Assembly (NCBI RefSeq): GCF_000143415.4
Contig: NW_003314313.1
Location: 833,430 to 897,429 of the forward strand
Origin: Selaginella moellendorffii
Taxonomy: Eukaryota; Plantae; Lycopodiophyta
Reading direction: 5' to 3'
DNA length: 64,000 nucleotides
A program made the position numbers and the translations under genes. Shown piece by piece: positions 36,300 to 47,399 of the stretch; within the stretch, counting starts at the first letter, position 1; each line of letters starts with the position of its first letter. The notes under the pieces are model-generated. The model did not search any database. It was given only the letters and a program-made list of their open reading frames with translations, and had not been told where the DNA came from.

Positions 36300-39050
36300 T
36301 TGCCTGAGAGCTTTACTTTGTTCTTGACTGTCAGACAATATGTCTTTTGTTAGTTGATGATCTACAATTGTAATTTGAAAGGATCTAGGAGCTTACATTT
36401 GACAAGTGATATACTCATACACCTTGATATCCTGTGCAGAGGACAATCAAGCATGGGAATCTTGAAGCTCTCTTACCTTTTGTAAGTGCTTTGGAACATT
36501 CTTGTCTACTCAACTGAATGACCTCATAGAGATCATTGACACTCCCCAGTCTTGCGAGAAAAGAAAGCACACATGACTTCACTGTTCACTCCACTGCACT
36601 ATACATGAGTTCGATCAGAAACCAATCAGTTCTCTGGTGTAGAGGATTTGAATGTGGATTCATCCTCACAAACCTGCATTATACAAACAATAATCAGTCT
36701 TTTACGATTAAAAAAATTCTAAATTTATCCTAAATCCATCCATTTATGGCTTAATATCTGTCTATTTATGGCTCAATTTTTTGTCCATCAATGGCCCTAA
36801 CATTGTCCATTTGTTGCCGCAATTCTCCACATAAGTACAAGCAAGCCCAGAAATATTAAAGTGAAAACAAACAAATTTGTTCTTTGTTTTTGGTGTTTGC
36901 TTGGCATTAGAGATTCCAAGACTTCATTCTTTCTCTTAATTTTTTTTTTTCTCATTGCTTCCTCTTTTTTCTCCTTTATTTTTTTTAAGGCTTCCAATTT
37001 TTTCTTCTCTATTGCTTTAGCTTTTCTAGCTATTACTTCTTCCCTCTCCTTTTTCTTGATGGCTATTGCTTCTTTCTTTTTTATTGTTGCTTCTTTTCTT
37101 TTCTTTTTCCTTGCAACCTTTTTAATTGCTTTCAATTTTTTTTTTGCTTCTCATGTGCTTCTTTTGCAATAGCAATTGCTTCAACAACACTGGTGAATTC
37201 TAAACTTGTTAAAACAGTTCCAACATTAGCTTGCAACACTGGTCCAAGTCGAGGATGACTTTGCACCCCTAAAAATAATTTTGCATGCAAGTATGCCATC
37301 TTGTTGTTTTCTAATTGCCATCCAGGCACATCCATGTGTTGCTCACGCTGCTCAGCTCAATGCTCTAGCAAAGCTCCTGGGAAACAAAGTTGTAAATGAA
37401 TGAGAATTGAGAAGTGCTTTTTACCTAGTTGCTCAAGTTGTCTAGGAAGTTCAGGATGCTTAAGCTGGTCATAATCATTGCTTGCTTGCTGCTCAGGCTG
37501 TATTAGATGCTATAAATGGGCATTGGATCCTTATGTTGCTCAAGTTGCACTAGATCTTGCTCAAGTTCTAGTTCGTGATTGAGGTGGCTGCCAATCTCTT
37601 GGTCTCCCAGCTCCAAAGTGTTTTCGAAGTCTGCTTCAAAGTCATCAAGAGATACTGCATGGAGTGTACTTGGACCAAAGTGAGTGTCCATAGCATTTTT
37701 GTTCAATGGCCATAAACCATTTGCTCTAAAACCAGACTAGATGTTTGCAAGTGTCGGAGCTATAACCATGGCTCTATTGGATAATTGTGCGAGATCTTGA
37801 CAATTGACTTCATGTCCTAGATGTCCAAGAGTGTGTTCATCCACGCACTGCTTGAAGTAACACTTGTATGGCCCAAAATATACAATGTCTAACGGCTGCA
37901 TGTGCTGAGAAGTATGTGCTAGAAGAAGAATCACATCCACACCTAACATTCTTGTTGTGTTAAGTGCAACCTTTGTGACATGGGATCCGTGGCCATCAAC
38001 AATGAAAGCATGGTGGTTTGTAGGTGAGCATCCACCAGGTACTGATTTCACAAAGTGTTCAAGCCACTGTGGCCACAAGTTGTCTGTCATCTAGGCTTTC
38101 TTGCTGATGGCGAATGCAGCTCCAACTTCACAATTTATGATCCAATTTTGCATCTTTCACTCACCTTTAAAGATATAAAAGCCAAGTATTTGTCCACCTA
38201 CTGCATTTATAGCCAATAGAATAGTCATATGCTCTATGTTCTTTAGGACGATTCGGTAATAGAATCTTGCACCTCGGGCAGCCAACACTTTGACACCTTT
38301 AGAACGATTAGCTCGAACACCAGTTTCATCAGCATTCCAGATGTAATCTGCCTCATAGTTGTTTCTAATGTAAGTTGCTTCCAAGTTTTTGTAGAATTGT
38401 GCCACAACTACTTGATTCAAGGATGCAACTCTAAGGCCTCAACAACTTTGCTACTGATCTCTAGATGTCTTTTCATAAAACCTCTGCACCATTTTTGACT
38501 TGGTCCTCCTTCTATCTAAGTAGTTACTCTGCCAACAACTAACAACTTTGCTGCTGTGAGACACAAAATCCCTAGGCCTCAAAGAGTGCACCCCCTTTTC
38601 CAATCGGTCAAGGGTCTTGGGATAGTTAAAGTTAAGCGTCCTTGGGTTTGAATAGTATTGGGCTGGGTGACCTCCCGAGAAGTCTAAACTTAGGAGTTTA
38701 CAGCTGCATCTTTCAGCTGATTGAAAGTGAGTGGATAACCAATTTTAGCTCGAGCTTTCACCAGAGATGCAAGAGACTCTTCTTCCGATGATGTAAGAAT
38801 GGTGGGAGGACCTGGTCATCCTATGCTACGTCCCTTTAACCGATCTCACAAAGTTGTCCAAGGTATGTTGAATTCTTGAGTAGATTTTCTTTCAAACATG
38901 CCATACTCTTCCACCTCATGCATAGCCTTCTTTATTGATTCTTCATTCCATGTTCTAGTTGCATGTTTCTAGCTACGTGCTTTGGCTGGAGGCTGACTTA
39001 CAAGACATGGATAAATAGTAGAGAATTTTGACATTTCTTTTTCTTTCAAC
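36300..39050 (-). mobile_element. pogo/Fot1-like (Tc1/mariner, DDE_1) transposase pseudogene
   Basis: TWNEESIKKAMHEV..FNIPWTTL (HTH_psq), GPPTILTSSEEESL..IGYPLT (CENP-B HTH), IWNADETG, FIVDGHGSH, AHTSQHMQPLDIVYFGPYK, Lys-rich tail. Several stops. Confidence 0.9.
38555..38702 (+). mobile_element. 148-bp solo LTR with 5S rRNA-derived internal promoter (Cassandra TRIM-like)
   Basis: TGT...ACA termini. Perfect 5-bp TSD GCTGC (38550-38554 / 38703-38707). Internal AGTTAAGCGTCCTTGGG..TAGTATTGGGCTGGGTGACCTCCCGAGAAGTC matches 5S rRNA box A / IE / box C. Confidence 0.85.
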
Positions 39051-39859
39051 CTGACGATATTTTACCTTTGTAGTGCCAGGACATTGGCTTTCAAGTAGAC
39101 TTTCAGGGACAGGAGCTACCAGACTTCTTTGCACCACAGGCTGGAAGCAAGTTCAATTAAAAATCTGAAATGGAAACAGATAGTTACCTCTTTCTGCAAG
39201 GACAGCCTAGAATGGGACAGCCTCTGGGAGCTACAAGTGTTTGCACACAAGCTCTTGAAAGTTGTGTTCTTTTGCCATGTAGTATGCTGGTTTCTTGTTA
39301 TAGCTTTTTGACCAAGCAAGGAAATAGCATGCAATGTGCTTTGTGTATGCATATTGTGCTGGTTGAGCTTTGTAATTGATTGAACAGTAAATCTTGTGGT
39401 AGGATCTAAGAAATTATTAAAAAATGAATGTTTTTCTTCTTCAAAAGAGTGGCATACCTCAAGATTTGATGTGTTCTTTCCAACTTTTTCATTTTTCTTA
39501 CCCACTCTTGAGATATTTTGACCCTATGATAAAATGCAACTTGATGAATAGTTGAACTCAACAAATCTCTTGCTCCTACAATTTTATTAAGCTTTCTTAT
39601 AAACTCAAGAATACAGATGAAATAGAGCAATGGAATGAGTTCCTTTTCTTCTAAATGGCTAGATTTGTGATCGAAAAAAGTGATGAATGCTTGGATGACA
39701 CTCAAATTCATTGTAACCTAGAATGCCATAGAACCTGCCAAAAAATTGCTGCGCAATTTTCCATTTATCACATGGACATGGTTGGGCCAGAGGTGGCCGG
39801 AATTAAGGACCCAGGCAAGAATTGGGCTTGTTACCCTATAAATTGTTGTTTAGGGTTCT

Positions 39860-40560
39860 TTGCTTTTTTTGCGCGTAAAGGTTTGCCCAAGGCCAATGTT
39901 GGAGCAACACTTGGAGGGGAAGATATAAGTTAGTGGGCAAACAAGTTTTCAATATGTACTTTGAAAAGGAGTAAGTAATTTCATATTATATTGTAATTTG
40001 AAATTTATATTATATTCAGTGAGTTTATGAGCAAGAAAGTTGATAAAGATGAAACTCTGAAAAAAGTTATAAATATAACTATAAATTTGGTAGACTAGAA
40101 GAATAATCTAGAAGAGTATTTATTCCCTTCTTAGCAGATTTTCTTTCCTTACAAAAAAAACTTAACTTTCTTTCTTTTTTTTCTTCCAAGATGGTAGTAG
40201 ACCATGAGAAAACAAAACTGAGGCTGATCCAACTTGAGGGAAGTATAATTCAATTTGAGGCAAGAAATGATAATCTTTTAAAGTGTATGACCAACATTCA
40301 AGAGTGTGTTGATAACCTAAAAGCAAGTAATAAATCTCTCCAAGACCACATTGGCAAGTTGGAAAATAAGCTTTTGAACATGCGAAATATGGGAGCCATG
40401 TAGAACCTCAAGGGGTGCATTAACAAGCTGGAGAATGAGCTCTTGAGCAAGCTAAACATGGTAGATGTGCAAAACCTCAAAACTTCAGAACCTCTAGAGG
40501 CATATTTGCAAGTTTGAGAATGAGTTCTCAAACAGACCAAACATGGCAATAGTGTAGAGG
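39860..40560 (+). pseudogene. Diverged copy of the coiled-coil gene at 22669-23383
   Basis: GEDI..VGKQVFNMYFEKE resembles GQDIKIVGGRAFNVYPGEE. Heptad exon ends NMGAM versus CMGAV. Confidence 0.5.
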
Positions 40561-41297
40561 GAAATATTAGTCAACTTTGAAAAGTTCCTTGTTCGTGACT
40601 AGTGGTGAGTAAGCATTTCATTGTGCTTGTTTAGTCATTGTCTTTTGTGGCAGATGCCAAGTGTTTCCTCTCTTTTTTGTGAACTTTTCAGTTTCAGTAA
40701 AGCTGTCTATGTTCTTCTCCTTTTTCTGGAGCAGATTTGAGAACTCTTCTTCAGAATTCCCTCAAAGCTTCTTCTAACTCTTGGTCAGAGATCTCACTGT
40801 GATAGTTTCATGGAGAACGTTCTAGTGGACATGTACACTGCTGCAGTGATTTTCCAGCAAATGACTTGTAACAAGAGCTCAAGTTTGTCTCTCTTTTTGC
40901 TGATGCAGCTGCTCTGAGCGGCTTTTGAGATTTTGTGAGTAGTTTTTTCTAAAAATTAGTTTATAAGCAGTAAATCATATAAACTTTTATTTTACATACA
41001 AAAATTATATTTAAATAAATAAATTTGTAAATTATTTTATTAACCCTAGCGGAAAATCACCTAGTGTCCAGCAGCAAAAAAGACACGAAATTCTTAAATT
41101 CCAAATTCCAAACGCGCCAACAGCATTTAGAGCTGATCCCCACTGCCTGACGATAGCAAGACTGGATCCTTGTGGTGGAGAGCAACGGCCAGGTAGCCTG
41201 TGGAGAGATGCACACTTCCCAGTAGAGTCGAAACCTTCCTCTAGAGATGAGACCCTGTGCTTAACAACCCTCCAAGCGAAATCCCGTTCAGGCCATG

Positions 41298-41562
41298 AAG
41301 CGTCGCTTGGCTTGGAAATAGGGGCTGAGCGCTGGGGTGTGATCCAGATCGTAGCGCTCGTTCAAGAACACCACCATCCTTCCCAGGCTCATCTTCATGG
41401 TGAAGAATCTCTTGTCGGATCACAGCAAGCTCTCGAGATCCTGGCGTTGCTCGTCAAGCCCCAGCTCCTAAGATCCAACACCGGATGTGGTGAGGCTGAG
41501 GAACTCGTGAATCACGCTCACCTTGCGGTGCCGCTCCAGCTCCTTGTAGAAGCGCGATTCGA
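41298..41562 (-). pseudogene. 3' fragment of the PORR gene at 50895-51866
   Basis: Near-identical direct copy of about 50950-51245 with small deletions (ORFs 41312+ and 50856+ share EIGAERWGVIQIVALVQEHHHP...). Confidence 0.9.
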
Positions 41563-42337
41563 ATGGAATGGTTCCCTCAAAACATTGATACCTGCACACC
41601 GAAGAAGTTGCAGCAAAACGTTGACTATCAGGCCAGAGTCACGACGCAGGCTTTTCAGGACCTTTAGTAGAGGCCTTGGGAGCGGAGCCTTTTTGCTGCT
41701 GCTGCTGCTGCTACTCGTCGAAGGCAGCGGTCTTAGAATCGCCCAAGCACGATGTCTTTCGGATTGCGGACCTTGTTCCAGCTTTGATACATCCTTAAGC
41801 TGCATATCGGAGTCTCAGAAAAGCCAAAATGAAATGAAGGATGAGGAAAGTACTATACCAGTTCGATGAGTCGATCGATGAGCTTCAATGCTTCTGACTG
41901 GACCTTCGTCGTCCTTGACTGGTGCTTGACAACAAACTGGATAAAAGAGTAGCTTAGCAGCGTTTTTCCAACATAGAAAAGAAAAGAAAAAAGCTTGCAC
42001 CTTCAATAGGTTTCGATGCCATGTCTGCTTTCATCTCAAGGTCTCTCTCCTCCTGAAAAGCTCATGAATGAAACGAACCATGGAACGTGGAAAACTCACG
42101 ATCTTAAAAGTCACTTGAAGCTCTTTCAGGTCACTCAGCCTTCGAGACTCCAACTGCATTGCAAAGAAGTTAGCAAGCCAAGAGACGTACATTCGTTTTC
42201 TTGCGTTCTTTCTCCCTGGCTTTCTCCTTGTACTTCTCTTTCTTGTACAAGTTTGCAGACAACCGGTTCCTCGCCGTACAAGAAGAAGCGCGAAGAACAA
42301 GACGCTTAGCTAGGATTTAAGTTAGGATTCTTCCAAA

Positions 42338-42980
42338 ATGTACAAGAGCCAGCTCCAAGAATTCGCGCAGAAATCCGGCTGGACGGTGCCGAGCAAGGAT
42401 TCCAAGCTTATGTGAATGGCGTCAAGTACGAGTCCGAGGATGGATTTCCCACTCTCAAGGCCGCCGAGCACAGCGCCGCCAAGAAGGCGCTGGATTCGCT
42501 CACTGGCGGCGCCAATGGCACTTCCACCGTTGCCCCTGGCTCCTCCATGGTGCGATCGCGTAGCTTACATTCTCTTTCTCTTCTCATGTTCTTTCTTTTC
42601 TTCGTGCTTGTTCTTGGGTGTTCTAAAGACCGGGCTTTGCAAGAATGTGCTCCAAGAGTACGCTCAGAGCAATGGCTTCTCTCTTCCAATCTACCAAATG
42701 GAGATCACTGGGCCGAGCCACAATTCAGTGTTTACAGCGACTGTGGAGATCGGTTGGTACTGCCAGGAGCAAGAGAGAGGCCGAGGTGAAAGCCGCAAGA
42801 ACTGCGATTCTTGCGATCAAAGGACTTGCAGGTAAGGAAGGCTTCTCTTTTCTCGTATCTCTCATTCTCTCTCAGAGGCTGCTCCTTTAGACGATTACGT
42901 TCTCTGGAAAAAAGCGAGTGAGAGCTGCCAAGAACAAGGTCGAGAAAGAATCACCACGACGCAAACCACGGGTGTGAGGC
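42338..42980 (+). pseudogene. DRB/HYL1-like double-stranded RNA-binding protein with deletions in both dsRBDs
   Basis: MYKSQLQEFAQKSGWTVP [gap] VNGVKYES..LKAAEHSAAKKAL; TGLCKNVLQEYAQ..LPIYQMEITGPSH..FTATVEIG [frameshift] EAEVKAARTAILAI. Confidence 0.85.
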
Positions 42981-43069
42981 AGCAAAGCTGGTAACGTAAA
43001 CCTCTATATTTTGTCTTTGTATCTGTAGCGATTACCTCGATGAAGAACAACTGGACCTATTCGTGTTTA

Positions 43070-44670
43070 TAGCGAGCACAAGGTCTGATGAGAATCTATT
43101 CCTTCACATTTCTTCCTCGTTTAGCAGCTTCTGGAGCTCTCTTGTTGCAGCAGTGAGTCGGGCCTCATCCACAAACGGTAGCTTCACAACTCCTTTCCAG
43201 GCCTTCGATCGGTGTAATCGACTTCGAAAGCTCCCGGGTAGAAATCAGCGATGGGAGAGGCTGGATCGAGCATTAGCTTCTGGTAACAGGCTGGAAGAGC
43301 AGTGGAACTTTGCGGTGGTAGCACAGCCAGGAGCGGCTCCAGAGGCTTGAGTGGCTCCGAGAGTGGGATGGAAGACAAAGCCAGAGATTCTTCCGGAGAA
43401 GTCCGAGGCAAACGGTGCGTAGTAGTAAGGGTAGTACCATCGCCAGGAGCTCACGCCGTGGTAGTAGTAGCGGAGGATCCATGCAAGGCCTTCCAGGTAC
43501 TTGAGCACTCTCGCTCTCGGCCACCTCGAGCTTGAGGGAGTAGTACCTCGACTTCCATCCTGGCCAGCCGAGATCACTCTTGTCCATCTTGAGCTGGAGG
43601 TTGAGTTCGCGATCTTGGTTCTTGGTAAGTTGCGTCCTCACTTTCAGTTTTAGCAGCGTCAAGGTTTTGTGCTGCTCGTCGAGCTCGTGATTTTCAGAAC
43701 TGGATGGCTGCGGTTCCTTACTTTGCTCGAGTTCCAAGTGATCTACGACAGTGTTATCCAGTTCCAGAGCTACGTCTTCACCGTTTTCTTAGATCCCAGA
43801 GCTCTTCTTGGTCTACTCGACTTGGAGCGCCAGCAAACTCTCGTCTTCTTCTGGTACGTTTCGGCCTTTTCTTCCTCTCTTTCTTCTTCTACTTGTTCTT
43901 ATACAGGAAGCCATCTTCGCTGGCAGCTAAGGCGGAGAAGTGTGCCACACTCGGTAAGTTCATTTCTCCGTTTCTCGTGAGATAGTCACCCATTTACGTG
44001 AACTCGGTTGTGTAGATGGTGATCATCGAGTCGATAGCTCCATCGTCAATCAGCAAAGTTGGAATGTGAGGGAGAAAATCGTTGCCGATCAAGCAGCACA
44101 TAAACACAAAGTCGTCTATCACCCGCTCGTCATCAATCTCAAACGGTGGACACTCGGCCACTCTCATTCTCTGGACGAGGCATTCACGTAGCAGCGAAAG
44201 ATCGAGGAACTCAAATCCAGTAGCAACGTTTTCCTGCCGCTGGCTCGTCCACTCTCGAGATGAGTGGCGAGTGTCAGGAGGATCAATTCAGCGTCGGCTC
44301 CAAAACACAGTGGCTGGTCTCCGGATCATGGTTTTTCCTTTTCCCACGAATGAAGCTCATGATCTTGTGCTCTCCCTCTCCAGGAACGCTCGAGTCGGAG
44401 AGTATCACTTGGAGGCCCTTCCACGAAGCGCTGGTGGCGAGACGAAGATTTACGTACTCTCGCATAGCAGCGGAGAGATCGGCCATGAACTTCGTCCTGG
44501 GAGTGATCACATTCGAGTCCCGGGAGGCGGGGAATACCTCGTCTTGCGTGGTGGGCAATGGACGGCCATCGCTGCCGCTGGGATGAAAGCACGAATGGAC
44601 GACGGAACTGATGTCCAAGTAGAGATTGTCGTGGCACTGCCCGGAGCTCGCCCCCAAAGCCATCCAAAGA
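43070..44670 (-). pseudogene. Intronless XRN2/3/4-like 5'-3' exoribonuclease pseudogene
   Basis: DNLYLD..VHSCFHP, DSNVITP.TKFM, VILSDSSVPGEGEHKIMSFIR, DDFVFMCCLIGNDFLPHIP, YLEGLAWILRYYYHGVSSWRWYYPYYYAPFASDF, DPASPIADFYP, WKGVVKLPFVDE. Frameshifts, deletions and an in-frame stop. No introns. Confidence 0.9.
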
Positions 44671-46489
44671 ACGAAACTTTCAGTTAAAATTAAAAATTGA
44701 AGGGCACAAAATAACCGGTATATTCTAATAGCTCTAGAGAATGAAAAGGAAACAACACGTATGTAATTATAAAGTAGAGGAGGCGAAAAAATGCTGCCTT
44801 AGTGCCTTAGTGTTTCAAATCATATAGCAAATCATAAGGTGGCCATTTCTAGCGTTTGTTGATCAAGCTCGACCTCTCGATTCTCCACAAAGTTACGATC
44901 GAATCTCGGAAAACTTGGCAGCCCGAGTTTAAAAATTATTTTACGGTTTTAGCGAGAAGGCGCTCGATCGAGGTTCCAAACAAAGCTCCCAAATCTTTGA
45001 TTCCAAGACGATCTCGATGCTGGAGAAGAAGTTTAAGTCCATCCTTCTCATGGCTTGAAGATCCAGCTAATGGGATGACTTCCTTCTTTGTGAAAAGTCC
45101 GTGATGGCTGTTTCTTGAGCCCTGGTTTAGGGTTTTACATCGTGATGCTGCGCTCTTGTGTGAGTGGTGGTAGTACACTGGCACGTTCTCCGTCTCCATC
45201 TTTGTCTCCGCCGCATTATTGAGCGTGACAAAGGTATGCTCTGCTTTATTGATCTTTGATCTTCTCTGGGCCTCCTTGCTGTTTAAAACTCTGCAGGGGG
45301 AGTTACTACTCGCTTACTGAATTTTGGCGTAAGAAAGTGGTAATCTTTCGCAAGATCTTCCATACAGTTTGTGCCATGGCAGTTTTTTATTCAGTAATGC
45401 GAAGCACAAGCAAGCAACCAATTTTGAGGTACTGATTTTTTTTTTCTTTGCTTGCTTTTCTCTTCCTTTAGCTTTTTGTTGTCGTTGCTGTTAACTTACG
45501 TTGCTCGTGGATTCGGTCGTTGCTGTTTACTGGCTTTTCTGATTCCAGTTCCTCGATGTTCTTGTTGAAATGTTTTTCCCTAGTCAGAAACACGGGAGAC
45601 GTTGAGCTCAAGTTTTCTGTGCCTCCTCCTGCTACGTTGCTCCTTTGGATTGTTGCGACTAATGCCGTGCTTGCAGCCCTTTTTCTCCAGTTCGCAGAGA
45701 TGGTGCGGCCGGGGTGTGCATGGTTTTCAACGCATATGGACCGGACAGGAGCTTTTGCAAGCGTTGTCCTCCACGGAGCAAGATCTGGTTGACATAGTTG
45801 CACACGGTGTAAAGAACACATGACGGTAATGCAGCGCACAGCTTTCCCAAGTTCGGGTGTCCTGGAGGGACTTCTGGCCTTATCAGCGGCACGGCAGAAT
45901 ACTCCAGCAGGGTGGTGATAAACGCGAGCTCCATGATCAGACAGTGGTGTAGAGCTGTCGACGCAGGAGATTGGAATGGCTCTTGCTTCGTCGCCTTATT
46001 GGAACGGGATTTCACTTGGAGGGCATGGAAGTTCCTTGTTAAGGAAGTGCCATTCACGTCACCAGTATATGAAAGCGAGGACGATAGTCGTTCTAGCGAC
46101 GGACGAAGACTTTAAATGCTGCCAAGGTCTGAGTTCTAGGAGTGATTGACTTTGTCACTGCAGCCGATATTCAAGAGATCGGTGAGAAGTGTCTGACGTA
46201 AATCAAGAGAGCGATGCATGAGTTTGGTATTCATCGAAGTACAAAGTCATCTATAGAGCATGGACGAAGTAGCAGTGGAGACAGTGTGAATGATTTCATT
46301 GGATTTCTTGAATCTCAAAAAAATTCTAGGTATGTGCTGTTTCTGCTTGATCAAACAGTAGTGACTCATTCTTACAGTGACTCTAAGTAACTCTAAGTAG
46401 ATCCATGTATTGGGAATGTGGAAGACTTTAAAGAGCTCAAGTGGCATTATGACCAGTCATGTGAGTATGTCCTTTTTAATATTTGGTAT

Positions 46490-47110
46490 ATATAGGGTTT
46501 CTAATGTGTATGTGGAGTGGGCAAAATATTAAATTTGTTGGAATAAATTATTAAATTTGTTAAAGGTAAGGGTTTTAATGTTTATTTTGTACCAAAAACT
46601 CTTTTAATATTTGTTATATTTAAGAGGATTTTCTTGAGGAAGAATTACTTTTATGATGAAATAACTTAGCATACCTTACAATGGAATTAGCACATCAGAA
46701 AGAGAGTCTCAAAATATTTCTTCTTTTTTCTATTTTTTCAAAACAATTTTTCTTATGGTTTCTATTTTAAAAGGTAATTACAGCTTAAAGAGGCACGCAA
46801 ATGCAATTAAGCCATTAGATTGATGAGGGGAGAATAAAATGGCAGGGCAAATATTTGAAAACATCCAATTAAATGTCAACAATGTTTCAAGGAAGTCAAC
46901 TTTTGCTTGAAGATTCAATTTTTTGCTTCAAGGAAATTGATTTGCTATTATAACCTCATGTGGATCTTTAAGAAAAAATTGATCTCTCTGAAGTAAAAAA
47001 TGTGAATCTTCAAAAACAAGTAGTTGAATTGGAGAAGAACCTCTCCTGCATGGGAGCTATGCAGAGGAAAACCACAAAAACATGTCCATAGCCTTTTTGA
47101 AAAGCTTGCG
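46490..47110 (+). pseudogene. AT-shifted decayed copy of the coiled-coil gene
   Basis: gaggattttcttgaggaagaattac.. resembles ggggtttctcttgaggaaggatggc..; ends ctctcctgcatgggagctatgcagag versus 23312-23337. Confidence 0.7.
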
Positions 47111-47399
47111 GGTAGGCTCTCGGGTAATCTTGTTATCTCTTTCTTTTGTGAGCTTTATTTTTTCTTGGACAACTCTCATCATCACTATATTTTCTTTCAG
47201 GGTGGCAGCAGGGTATGCTTGGAATGCAACCTTTCCTACGGATTTGAATTATCCCATCAAATTATCCTTATGTTTTCTTCTTTCTTTTGCAGGTCTTACA
47301 TACATGAACGTTAATCAATCTCTTACGAGTCAAGAGCGCCTCATTTACTGCCAAGCCGAGAAAACTGCTACAGCAAGTGGTTTGTGACGATGCATCGTC

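Noticed and set aside
38625-38690. 5S rRNA gene
   Set aside because: Only the internal ~55 nt match. The 5' and 3' ends are absent, and the match lies within an LTR-like insertion with a TSD.
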